Shown piece after piece: positions 31,044-39,421 of a DNA stretch of 64,000 nucleotides. This stretch comes from SAR202 cluster bacterium (GTDB taxonomy: Bacteria > Chloroflexota > Dehalococcoidia > UBA6926 > VFHL01). Within the stretch, counting starts at the first letter, position 1. Each line of letters starts with the position of its first letter. Under the pieces are notes generated by a model. That model ran no database searches, had not been told where the DNA came from, and worked only from the letters and a program-made list of their open reading frames with translations. Location of the stretch: positions 49,643 through 113,642 of the forward strand of contig VFHL01000005.1 of the NCBI GenBank assembly GCA_009392005.1, in the 5' to 3' direction. A program made the position numbers and the translations under genes.

Positions 31044-31580
31044 ATGCGTATAGGTTTGGTTTCAGATACACATGTTCCTGAATCACGTAAGGAAATATAT
31101 TCGGCGATTGTTGATGTGTTTCAAGGCGTGGATTTAATACTGCATGGTGGTGATATTGCTGTCGAGCGCGTGCTGGATGATTTAGCGCAAGCAGCACCGG
31201 TGCTGGCTGCCGAAGGCAATCACGATCGTTACTTGGAAGATGATCGAATCAAGAAAGTGCACGTTATTGAACAAGAAGGTTTCACGATTGGTCTAACGCA
31301 TCAGTTCTTGCCATATGAATGGGACATGGACAAACTCATTTCGTATTGGATGGGTGGCATCAAAACGGACATCATTGTGTTCGGTGACAGTCATTACGAG
31401 AAAGTTGAGATGCGGGACGGGGTACTCGTGATCAATCCTGGTAGTGCAATGTATCCCCATAACCAAAGCACGCGACTGGGCCATGTTGCATTTCTTGACT
31501 TAGAAGCTGGGCGAGCGCCCCAGCCTGAGCACGTAGAAATCGTCAATTTGGCAGATAGATATCCGCAACCTGAAGATTAG
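31044..31580 (+). CDS. YfcE/MJ0936-family metallophosphoesterase, copy 1
   Basis: SDTH, HGGD, GNHD and NPGS motifs. Confidence 0.88.
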   Translation: MRIGLVSDTHVPESRKEIYSAIVDVFQGVDLILHGGDIAVERVLDDLAQAAPVLAAEGNHDRYLEDDRIKKVHVIEQEGFTIGLTHQFLPYEWDMDKLISYWMGGIKTDIIVFGDSHYEKVEMRDGVLVINPGSAMYPHNQSTRLGHVAFLDLEAGRAPQPEHVEIVNLADRYPQPED

Positions 31581-31622
31581 GTTGAAAATCGGCTATTTTG
31601 CGCCGTCCTCCAAGGTTATTGT

Positions 31623-32159
31623 ATGCGTATAGGTTTGGTTTCAGATACACATGTTCCTGAATCACGTAAGGAAATATATTCGGCGATTGTTGATGTGTTT
31701 CAAGGCGTGGATTTAATACTGCATGGTGGTGATATTGCTGTCGAGCGCGTGCTGGATGATTTAGCGCAAGCAGCACCGGTGCTGGCTGCCGAAGGCAATC
31801 ACGATCGTTACTTGGAAGATGATCGAATCAAGAAAGTGCACGTTATTGAACAAGAAGGTTTCACGATTGGTCTAACGCATCAGTTCTTGCCATATGAATG
31901 GGACATGGACAAACTCATTTCGTATTGGATGGGTGGCATCAAAACGGACATCATTGTGTTCGGTGACAGTCATTACGAGAAAGTTGAGATGCGGGACGGG
32001 GTACTCGTGATCAATCCTGGTAGTGCAATGTATCCCCATAACCAAAGCACGCGACTGGGCCATGTTGCATTTCTTGACTTAGAAGCTGGGCGAGCGCCCC
32101 AGCCTGAGCACGTAGAAATCGTCAATTTGGCAGATAGATATCCGCAACCTGAAGATTAG
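31623..32159 (+). CDS. YfcE/MJ0936-family metallophosphoesterase, copy 2 (identical)
   Basis: Same 178-aa translation as copy 1. Confidence 0.85.
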   Translation: MRIGLVSDTHVPESRKEIYSAIVDVFQGVDLILHGGDIAVERVLDDLAQAAPVLAAEGNHDRYLEDDRIKKVHVIEQEGFTIGLTHQFLPYEWDMDKLISYWMGGIKTDIIVFGDSHYEKVEMRDGVLVINPGSAMYPHNQSTRLGHVAFLDLEAGRAPQPEHVEIVNLADRYPQPED

Positions 32160-32160
32160 G

Positions 32161-32394
32161 TTAAAAACCGGAATGGTTTTTTGAAGTTATACCAGCTATT
32201 TCGTAAATGTTCCGAACCTCGGATCCAATGTCTTCAAATCAGGCATCAGTAATGCGAAGATAATTTTGTACATCGACGCCTGAAATATGGTCAGTTTTTG
32301 GTGCAAAAATATTTTTCGGGATTAAACGACGTATCCAGTATTTGATATTTTGCAACCGGAATACATTTCTAGATTTACTTTGACTCATCCACAT
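32161..32394 (-). pseudogene. 77-codon frame interrupted by one in-frame TGA (32239-32241)
   Basis: ATG 1 nt after the upstream stop; MWMSQ...YLRITDA*FEDIGSEVRNIYEIAG...; ends tail-to-tail with the phosphoesterase. Confidence 0.35.
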
Positions 32395-32395
32395 T

Positions 32396-32734
32396 TCATT
32401 TCAAATCCTGATCTTCTCTAGATTCTTGATACCCCTTTGTAAGTAGTATTTTATTCAGGTCTTGTTGGTCGGACCAAAGTGTAACTTGCAAAACTCCTTT
32501 TGTGTTAACGGCGTGGACAGTGAAAAACATAATCTTGTCATTTGTTAATTCAGAGAGAGCATGTAAGGCCTCAGCTTTCTCACTATCTCCGCTTGGTAAT
32601 CTGGTTCCAATTGGCCATAATCTTTCTGCATCTTCTGTGTATAGAGTTCCATCATCAAGGATGTCCACAATTCGTGCCCAACGCTGAGGATGTTCTTCGT
32701 TTGCAAAAGGGTCTGAAAAGTTTAAAGTGTTCAT
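32396..32734 (-). CDS. Hypothetical protein, degenerate thermonuclease (SNase)-like
   Basis: Pattern IVDILDDGTL..ERLWPIG..P..EA..AL..L..K..G...LW...LNKILL.KGY. Confidence 0.55.
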   Translation of the reverse strand: MNTLNFSDPFANEEHPQRWARIVDILDDGTLYTEDAERLWPIGTRLPSGDSEKAEALHALSELTNDKIMFFTVHAVNTKGVLQVTLWSDQQDLNKILLTKGYQESREDQDLK

Positions 32735-34110
32735 TTTTTCGGCGCAAAGAATGCTATTCTCCCGTTTTTTATAATAGTAGGCTTCTCTGAACCCACAATA
32801 TCAATCATTATAATCTCTGGATCTTGGTTTATTCGCTGGTGGTCGGGATACCCAGCAACTACAAGGTAATTCCCATCTGCTGACAATAATGAGTGTGATG
32901 TGCTGAACTGATCAAAATAAGCCAAATGTACGGCTAATTCTTGAGTTGGTACAAATGAATAGAGGTCCCTTTTTCTCTTGTTGGCCAAATCAGTAACTTT
33001 AACCACGACCTCGTCTTCTAACCCTGTTTGAACAAAATATACGATTCGCTCAGCGGTTGGATCCCAATAAAATGCAACGAATGGCTCGTCGATGAGTTTA
33101 TATAAAGAGTCGTCCGACGGATCGAAAAGGTAAAGCTCAGAGTAAGAGGTATCTGTGTTATTTAAGTTTGCAATCGCAAGTAATTCATTATCCGGAGACC
33201 ATAAAAAGGCTGATGAATCATTGATGTCCATTATTGGTTCTTTATCTATCGCTCCGACTTCATTTACAAAAAGGTGATTGCCTAATTGTGATGTTTCGAT
33301 GTATGTGATTTTGTGCGATTGGGGACCCCAATCAGGGGTACGATATTGCTGTGAAGATGGACCTATTTGTACCGGATATAGAATGAGATTTGTATCTACT
33401 ATGCGCAAACTTTCATTTTGGTGTAACAGAATGATTTGTCCACGATGGTCCCAGCGGAAATATAGGTTTGTCGCTTGTGTAATTTGCTGAACCCTTGAAG
33501 CTCCTTCGACGTTGACCAATAAGAGGCTTAACAAGCCATTTTTGTCTCCGGCGGCGAGGAAAGCAATTTGGTCTCCCGCGGGAGACCAACCAACATAATG
33601 AGGGGTGCGAGGTGCGAGGTAAGGGAATTTTCTAGTGGGTTCAGATTTATAAACTTCTTGACTCATGTTACCGTCCGCGTCCGTGAGATGAAGGGACATC
33701 TGTAAATTACTATCAGGCGTTTTGACAATACTTGAATAGACTATTTTTTGGCCGTCAACGCTCCATGTAGGCCATGTGTGTCTAGTTTCACCGGATGAAG
33801 CGATGCGTTTTGTTGAATAAAAATGATCGGGTCCCCTTCCCTTCATCAATTCAATGTTCCCATTTGCTGTCACAAGCGCCAATTCATATAGTGGTGGTGG
33901 TGCGATAGGACTAGGGATGAGTTCAGAAGTATCAGATGTTTTATTGACCGATTGTTCAGGATTCATTGTTTCAGATTCTGAGGGATTAGCATCATTTACT
34001 GTCTCTTGATTCTCCATACGCGTAGTAGGAGTGCAGAAGATGTTGGAGATAAGGATAATGAATGCGATGGTTAGTTTTAGTGAAAAGTTGTTCTTGCAAG
34101 TGCTAATCAT
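32731..34110 (-). CDS. TolB-like beta-propeller, probable lipoprotein
   Basis: Signal peptide with Cys; PD40-like repeats WSVDG, WSPAG, WSPDN and WDPTA. Confidence 0.75.
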   Translation of the reverse strand: MISTCKNNFSLKLTIAFIILISNIFCTPTTRMENQETVNDANPSESETMNPEQSVNKTSDTSELIPSPIAPPPLYELALVTANGNIELMKGRGPDHFYSTKRIASSGETRHTWPTWSVDGQKIVYSSIVKTPDSNLQMSLHLTDADGNMSQEVYKSEPTRKFPYLAPRTPHYVGWSPAGDQIAFLAAGDKNGLLSLLLVNVEGASRVQQITQATNLYFRWDHRGQIILLHQNESLRIVDTNLILYPVQIGPSSQQYRTPDWGPQSHKITYIETSQLGNHLFVNEVGAIDKEPIMDINDSSAFLWSPDNELLAIANLNNTDTSYSELYLFDPSDDSLYKLIDEPFVAFYWDPTAERIVYFVQTGLEDEVVVKVTDLANKRKRDLYSFVPTQELAVHLAYFDQFSTSHSLLSADGNYLVVAGYPDHQRINQDPEIIMIDIVGSEKPTIIKNGRIAFFAPKK

Positions 34111-34215
34111 AAGTGAACTTTTGATAATAGGTGTAGTTGCGATAATAGTTGTTATACAATTCGTCTTGTCTTGGATATACCATTATAGATTACAAAGCAT
34201 TGGAGGAGGGTATCA

Positions 34216-34518
34216 ATGTGCACTTGGATCGTAGAGAAAGTGTCAATTGACGGTAGCGGTAAAGGTCACCAAGGGTGGATTGATGTTGACAGAGCATATG
34301 TTAATTATGACCACCCAACTTATGCTCGATACGACCATTCTCTAAATATCGACTTTGTTAACACAAAAGGAGGCCCTAGCTCTCGTGTTGCTGTAGAGTT
34401 GTCAGCCGAGTCAGCTAAAGGTCTCGTGGCGGCGATTCTAACAGCCCTTGAAACCGGAGAGCGCGAGCATGGTCTCGAAGGTGTTGGTGAATTAGTAAAA
34501 TCAGTTGGTTCACATTAA
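34216..34518 (+). CDS. Conserved small protein (DUF6295-like)
   Basis: MCT...GSGKG..GW...YDHP..A..HSLNIDF...GPSSRVAVELS; RBS GGAGG. Family name recalled, not searched. Confidence 0.7.
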   Translation: MCTWIVEKVSIDGSGKGHQGWIDVDRAYVNYDHPTYARYDHSLNIDFVNTKGGPSSRVAVELSAESAKGLVAAILTALETGEREHGLEGVGELVKSVGSH

Positions 34519-34537
34519 TTGACATTAAAATGTTTTG

Positions 34538-35026
34538 TTAAATATCAGCTCCAAGAAATTCCTTAACTTTAACGAACTTGTTTTTTTGCTCGCTCCATGC
34601 GAATAAGATCGATTCGACTACACGCTTGTCATCAATACCAATTACAAGTTGTTGGACAGGATATGCCGGCCCATCCCCCCATGGGCTAGTCGCGACCTTC
34701 TTATCAGTGTCGGAAAAATATGCTTGGCCGTTTGGGTGAGAATGATAAATGATTCGAGCGGGCATCTCACTGTCTAAGCTGCGATTCAATTCAAGTAAAT
34801 CCTCCCCACTTATGACGTAAGCCGTCTCTCCACCTCTATCGTCTGCGGTTGGATGCCCCCCAGATTCTTGAGCATTGAGGCATTTCCGTACAGTTTTTAC
34901 CTCTGAATCACTTCTATTACCAGCCAACCAGCCGCAACACTCGAGAGGAAAAGATATACGTGCTTCTTTATAAACTTCTTCAAGGACGTGGCGAGGGATC
35001 TCAATTGGCAAAGGAGAGGTATTCAT
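34538..35026 (-). CDS. JAB/MPN (M67) metallopeptidase, Mec-like
   Basis: P.ECCG plus JAMM motif YHSHP...YFS.TD. Confidence 0.88.
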   Translation of the reverse strand: MNTSPLPIEIPRHVLEEVYKEARISFPLECCGWLAGNRSDSEVKTVRKCLNAQESGGHPTADDRGGETAYVISGEDLLELNRSLDSEMPARIIYHSHPNGQAYFSDTDKKVATSPWGDGPAYPVQQLVIGIDDKRVVESILFAWSEQKNKFVKVKEFLGADI

Positions 35027-35281
35027 CTCTCAATCTCCCTTCTTAGACGTGCTTCATATGTGAATATCAGTTGGTTCTTCCTTGATTCTAACGCAAAGCA
35101 ATTAATGAATTACATGTAAATGGCTTTTTGGTGGTCGTGATTTTCAAAATGAGTAGTTATCTAAGTTGCGTTAAATCAAGGCGAATAACGAAGGTGTTAT
35201 ACTCAACCTGTTATTATGTCAATGGTGCATTTTCCACTTTAAATAGGGTCCACTTTCTAATTTGTATTGGAAGACAAAAAG

Positions 35282-35839
35282 ATGAAGAACCCTTCAATTC
35301 GCGAGAAAAACATTTTGAATCGTAGGGTGCTGGTACTTAATCAGGACTACATGCCACTGAACGTGTGTCAAACCCGGCGGGCTCTGCTGCTTTTGTTTTC
35401 AGGTAAAGCAGAAGTTGTTCAAAATGATCATAGCGATCTCCACGGTCCAGCAGTGACGATAAAAGCACCATCTGTAATTAGGTTGGGGCGCTTCGTCAAG
35501 AGGAAAAATGTCGCTAGAAAACTCACTCGCAGAGAGATTTTCTTCCGAGATGAAAACACATGCCAATACTGTGGTAAGGCCTCTCATGAGTTAACCCTTG
35601 ATCATGTTTATCCGCGACACCGAGGAGGATTGAAGAGTTGGAGTAATATGGTCAGCGCATGTGTTCAATGCAACTTTCGCAAAGCGGGGAGGACACCAGA
35701 AGAGGCGGGTATGAAATTACTCAACGTTCCACGACAACCTTCGTTAAATCCCTACTATCCTTTTTATCGTTACTTAGGAGACAGGCCTGAGTGGCGGTAC
35801 TTTTTCCCGGTAGAGATGAAGGATTCTGTATCTCGATAA
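35282..35839 (+). CDS. HNH endonuclease family protein
   Basis: VLVLN, RD..TCQYCG, LTLDHV.P, W.N.V.ACVQCN.RK. Confidence 0.9.
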   Translation: MKNPSIREKNILNRRVLVLNQDYMPLNVCQTRRALLLLFSGKAEVVQNDHSDLHGPAVTIKAPSVIRLGRFVKRKNVARKLTRREIFFRDENTCQYCGKASHELTLDHVYPRHRGGLKSWSNMVSACVQCNFRKAGRTPEEAGMKLLNVPRQPSLNPYYPFYRYLGDRPEWRYFFPVEMKDSVSR

Positions 35840-36016
35840 AGACAATGCGATCGCATGAATGCGTTGTCTATTAATACCTACGCCCTTTTTGCTCACAAAA
35901 CTAAGGGATCTAGAGTTGAAGATTAGGCTTCAAAGTTGACAGTCGTGCTACAATCACACACATTGGTGCGCGACTGCGTATCTAAAAAATGAAGATTGTC
36001 AGGAGGAGGGTAGCGA

Positions 36017-36508
36017 ATGACATCTCAACCGGAGACTCTTGTTAACCAAGAGATGCTTGACAAAAAGGACCAATGGAGCGAGCCGAATGTTTCGCCTCCC
36101 GTTTCAGTGTCAGATATTCGCAAATGGGGTATAGCCGTTTATTGGCCAGATACACCCCCGCGTTTGTTCTGGGATGAGGAATATGCGAAGTCGACTCGTT
36201 ACGGAGGGATTGTTGCACCACATGACTTCAATCCGTTCGCGTGGCCAGTAGAGCGTGAAGTGCCAGCTGCGCGCGCAACAGCTGCTGGTGGAGGCGTTGG
36301 TACACGTGGCATGAATGGTGGCCAGACAGATTTTTATGAGAAGGCGATGCGTCCTGGTGACGTTGTAAGCACATCTAGCGCTTTAGTTGATTGGTACGAA
36401 CGTAATGGGAAGTTGGGACTGACATTGTTCAGCGTCACTGAAGTTCGGTGGACCAATCAGAATGATGAAATAATCAAGAAGCGACATTCAATAAGTATTC
36501 GGTATTAA
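36017..36508 (+). CDS. MaoC-like hotdog dehydratase, N-terminal type
   Basis: DEEYAK.TRYGGIVAP, NGG, RPGDV and NQNDE. Confidence 0.82.
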   Translation: MTSQPETLVNQEMLDKKDQWSEPNVSPPVSVSDIRKWGIAVYWPDTPPRLFWDEEYAKSTRYGGIVAPHDFNPFAWPVEREVPAARATAAGGGVGTRGMNGGQTDFYEKAMRPGDVVSTSSALVDWYERNGKLGLTLFSVTEVRWTNQNDEIIKKRHSISIRY

Positions 36509-36559
36509 ATCAGTTGATAAGTCACAAGATTCATTACCGACAACAAAAGGAGTATTCGC

Positions 36560-37015
36560 ATGGCGTATAACGTTTACTACGAAGATGTGGAAGTTGGACA
36601 AGAGATCCCTGAATGGTCTCGGCAGACCGATTTCATGCATTGGAACCGTTACGCAGCAATAAATGATGAATTTGTATACATTCACATGGATGATGAAGCT
36701 GGGCGAGCCGCGATGAATGAGCAAGGAGCCTTTGGAATGGGTAACTTGCGATTCGCCTATTTTCATAATGCTTTGCGTGATTGGGCCGGAGACGAGGCCT
36801 ATGTAACGAAATTAGGATGCCAGTTCAGAGCCATTAATCAAAAGAATGATGTCTTGACGGTTAAGGGAACTGTTACTGCAAAACGTGAAGAAGATGGTAT
36901 GTATTTGGTGGATATAGAGATGAATGTAGAAAATCAGGAGGGTCAAAAGACCGCTCCTGGAGAAGCCACTATAGCTTTGCCTTCAAAGAGTGGTAACCAT
37001 AACCTTCCTGGTTAG
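36560..37015 (+). CDS. MaoC-like dehydratase
   Basis: YYEDVEVGQEIP, YAA..D...IHMDDE; paired with the previous hotdog gene. Confidence 0.82.
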   Translation: MAYNVYYEDVEVGQEIPEWSRQTDFMHWNRYAAINDEFVYIHMDDEAGRAAMNEQGAFGMGNLRFAYFHNALRDWAGDEAYVTKLGCQFRAINQKNDVLTVKGTVTAKREEDGMYLVDIEMNVENQEGQKTAPGEATIALPSKSGNHNLPG

Positions 37016-37153
37016 AGGAATAGGTAAACTGCATTAATTGACAAAGGGCGTGGGCGGTATCGTCTTCTAAGGATGGACGTTGCACCCACGCCGGTTTGTG
37101 TCTTTAATCGTGTGGTTACTTTGTAAAGTAGTTGGTTGCTGTTTGATAATTAT

Positions 37154-37228
37154 CGGGGTGTAGCCCAGCGGTAGGGCGCCTGCTTTGGGAGCAGGAAGTC
37201 GGAGGTTCGATCCCTCTCACCCCGACCA
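37154..37228 (+). tRNA. tRNA-Pro(TGG)
   Basis: CGGGGTG...; anticodon arm CCTGC-TTTGGGA-GCAGG; GTTCGATC; CCA. Confidence 0.97.
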
Positions 37229-37287
37229 CTGCTTTCTGTTACAATGGGCCACGTTAACTAGATAACTTAAGGAGCCACTTATTTAGT

Positions 37288-37407
37288 ATGTATTTAATGT
37301 TCAGCCTGAATGTGATTAAAGAAGCGATTACTGACTGTTGTTGTCGAAACACGCATACTGATATGAGGTGTTCAAACAGTCTTGTGGAGGCAATGCCAAT
37401 GAAGTAA
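37288..37407 (+). CDS. Putative Cys-rich leader peptide MYLMFSLNVIKEAITDCCCRNTHTDMRCSNSLVEAMPMK
   Basis: AAGGAG at 37269-37274; ATG at 37288 (alternative 37297); TGTTGTTGT at 37336-37344; TAA at 37405-37407. Confidence 0.65.
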   Translation: MYLMFSLNVIKEAITDCCCRNTHTDMRCSNSLVEAMPMK

Positions 37408-37447
37408 ACATTAAAAATTTCGTGGCTGGATAGTTTGAATAGACCTC
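37365..37447 (+). promoter_or_regulatory. Putative antiterminator helix
   Basis: GAGGT-GTTCAAAC (37365-37377) can pair with GTTTGAAT-AG-ACCTC (37433-37447), which includes the terminator's 5' arm. Confidence 0.6.
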
Positions 37448-37466
37448 GATCGAGGTCTTTTTTTTT
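37441..37466 (+). terminator. Intrinsic terminator (attenuator) upstream of the peroxiredoxin
   Basis: AGACCTC-GATC-GAGGTCT followed by a run of 8 T, 27 nt before the start codon. Confidence 0.85.
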
Positions 37467-37493
37467 GAAGTTTAGTTTTATTAGGAGGATAAT

Positions 37494-38129
37494 ATGTCTG
37501 TCAAACTAGGAGATGAAGCGCCGAATTTTACTGCCAATACGACCGAAGGGGAAATAGATTTCCATTCTTGGCTGGGAGAATCTTGGGGGATTCTAATGTC
37601 ACATCCAGCCGATTTCACACCAGTTTGCACAACCGAGCTTGGCAAAGTTGCCTCGCTATCTGATGAATTTGGAAAGAGAAATACTAAGGCCATAGCAATT
37701 AGTGTTGATCCTTTAGATAAACATTCTGGGTGGATAGATGACATTAATGAGACACAGAACACGCAGGTGAATTTCCCGCTCATAGCTGACCCTGAGCGCC
37801 AAATCGCACAGCTTTACGATATGATTCATCCCAATGCTGATAATACCCTGACTGTAAGGACTTTGTTTGTTATAGGGCCAGATAAGAAGGTTAAATTGAG
37901 TCTTACTTATCCAGCGTCCACCGGACGTAATTTTCAAGAAGTATTGAGGGTACTGGATTCATTGCAACTTACAGCGAACCATAAGGTTGCGACGCCAGTT
38001 GATTGGGAACAAGGCCAGGATTGTGTAGTTCTTCCCGCAATTAAAACAGAAGATATACCAGGAATATTCCCGAAGGGACATAAAGAGATTAAACCGTACT
38101 TGAGGACAACGCCTCAGCCCAATCTTTGA
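37494..38129 (+). CDS. 1-Cys peroxiredoxin (Prx6 / LsfA-like)
   Basis: SHPADFTPVCTTE, YPASTGRNF and ATPVDW; RBS AGGAGG. Confidence 0.95.
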   Translation: MSVKLGDEAPNFTANTTEGEIDFHSWLGESWGILMSHPADFTPVCTTELGKVASLSDEFGKRNTKAIAISVDPLDKHSGWIDDINETQNTQVNFPLIADPERQIAQLYDMIHPNADNTLTVRTLFVIGPDKKVKLSLTYPASTGRNFQEVLRVLDSLQLTANHKVATPVDWEQGQDCVVLPAIKTEDIPGIFPKGHKEIKPYLRTTPQPNL

Positions 38130-38155
38130 GCATCATTCGCTTTATGTTGATACGA

Positions 38156-38187
38156 AAAGCCCCCTTGATCTTTTGAAAGGGGGCTTT
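38156..38187. terminator. Terminator-like hairpin after the peroxiredoxin
   Basis: AAAGCCCCCTT-N10-AAGGGGGCTTT. Confidence 0.75.
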
Positions 38188-38189
38188 GG

Positions 38190-38463
38190 TTATTACGAAT
38201 ACGATATACAAGGTCAACTCTCATACCACAATCGCTGCCGCGAATAATCAAGAGAATAGATTGCCGGTCAACCTAATTAAATTCAAAATGTTGTCAATCT
38301 GTGTTAGTAGTATAACCAAAATAATGACAACAGTAACAATTGTCTTTTTCACAAAGCCATCTTTGCTTTAAAGCCAACACCTGAAAGCAAATATCAGCAA
38401 TATTCCATACAAAACACCCCAGATAAGCCATTCCCTACGAATCGTTTTCATAGTATGAATCAT
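38190..38463 (-). pseudogene. Decayed small membrane-protein gene
   Basis: One hydrophobic frame interrupted by TAA (38368), TGA (38248) and TGA (38221). Confidence 0.4.
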
Positions 38464-38523
38464 AACATGCGAGATACTACGCTTCTCAAGTAGAAATTAC
38501 GTGGTGAAATTGTAAAAGGCAGG

Positions 38524-39159
38524 TTATTTTTTCTTGGCGTTGGGGTTCTTAGCACCACCCCAAGCGAAATCACTACATAAGTCAACGGCCGCGTCTATCT
38601 TGCTTTGTGACGCTAATCCCACTAGATCCTGAACTAATGGCTTCATCTTCGCACGTGCATCTACGGTAAAGTCGGGATCTGGCACATTGAATCCTTGGTC
38701 TCGCAGGCACTGTGCAAACTCTAACAAGTTGTCTTGTGTTTCAATTGGGTCTTCCTTATCAATTTTTCCGGTAAATGTTGTATTTGCCAAAATAGGTACG
38801 CATGTATCAAGTGCCTTTCCGCTATCCTTTTTCTGTAAATCAAATCTAGGATCGTGGTTGAAACTCTCTTTGAGCTTCTCAAAATTTACGGTGCCATCAA
38901 CATTCAATTCTGGATCAGGGATGTTAAACCCTTTATTTCGCATACACTTTGTAAACTCAGTGACAACTTCTTCATCTGTTTTTACTTTAGCAGCCCTACC
39001 ATCCAATCGGCTGTTTGACGGCGACGTGACACCTATTTCCTCGGAATTATCGATCCTCGCAACTCCGCTATCAGATTCGTTTTTGCGAGAGCACGCAGAT
39101 AGTGAGAAAAGGATTGCAAGAATGGCGAAGCAAATAATTAGAGATGATGAATATCTCAT
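38524..39159 (-). CDS. Lipoprotein with two C(M/L)RxxGxxxPDP repeats
   Basis: Lipobox LSAC; EFTKCMRNKGFNIPDP and EFAQCLRDQGFNVPDP. Confidence 0.8.
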   Translation of the reverse strand: MRYSSSLIICFAILAILFSLSACSRKNESDSGVARIDNSEEIGVTSPSNSRLDGRAAKVKTDEEVVTEFTKCMRNKGFNIPDPELNVDGTVNFEKLKESFNHDPRFDLQKKDSGKALDTCVPILANTTFTGKIDKEDPIETQDNLLEFAQCLRDQGFNVPDPDFTVDARAKMKPLVQDLVGLASQSKIDAAVDLCSDFAWGGAKNPNAKKK

Positions 39160-39421
39160 TATTTCGTTTCTTCCTAATATTTATAATTACACATGGAATA
39201 AAGTTTCATGCATCAAGAAAAGTATACAAAATATTCGAAACGAAACGTTTGGTGAGAGACAGAGATTTTCATGGGGAGGAACAATCGTTACAATGAAATA
39301 GTTAGGAGAAGCGCCAGGTTGTTTTGACGAATACGTTGCTCGTTAAATTGAGATCAAGGGGTCTGATGTTTGAAAAGATTTGTCCCCTTCCTTCTTTTTA
39401 ATTTGGCGCCATGATGCAGTC

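Larger units (their letters stand above)
31037..32162. repeat. Direct tandem duplication, 547-bp unit (31037-31583 and 31616-32162)
   Basis: Identical translations on both strands; offset of 579 bp. Confidence 0.92.

Noticed and set aside
35282-35839. HNH gene as a mobile or defence element
   Set aside because: It looks like the common stand-alone chromosomal HNH type; no intron, methylase, integrase or repeats nearby.
32161-38463. TGA at Trp-like positions might suggest an alternative genetic code
   Set aside because: Core genes such as hisS, thiI and the peroxiredoxin end in TGA at expected lengths and use TGG for Trp.
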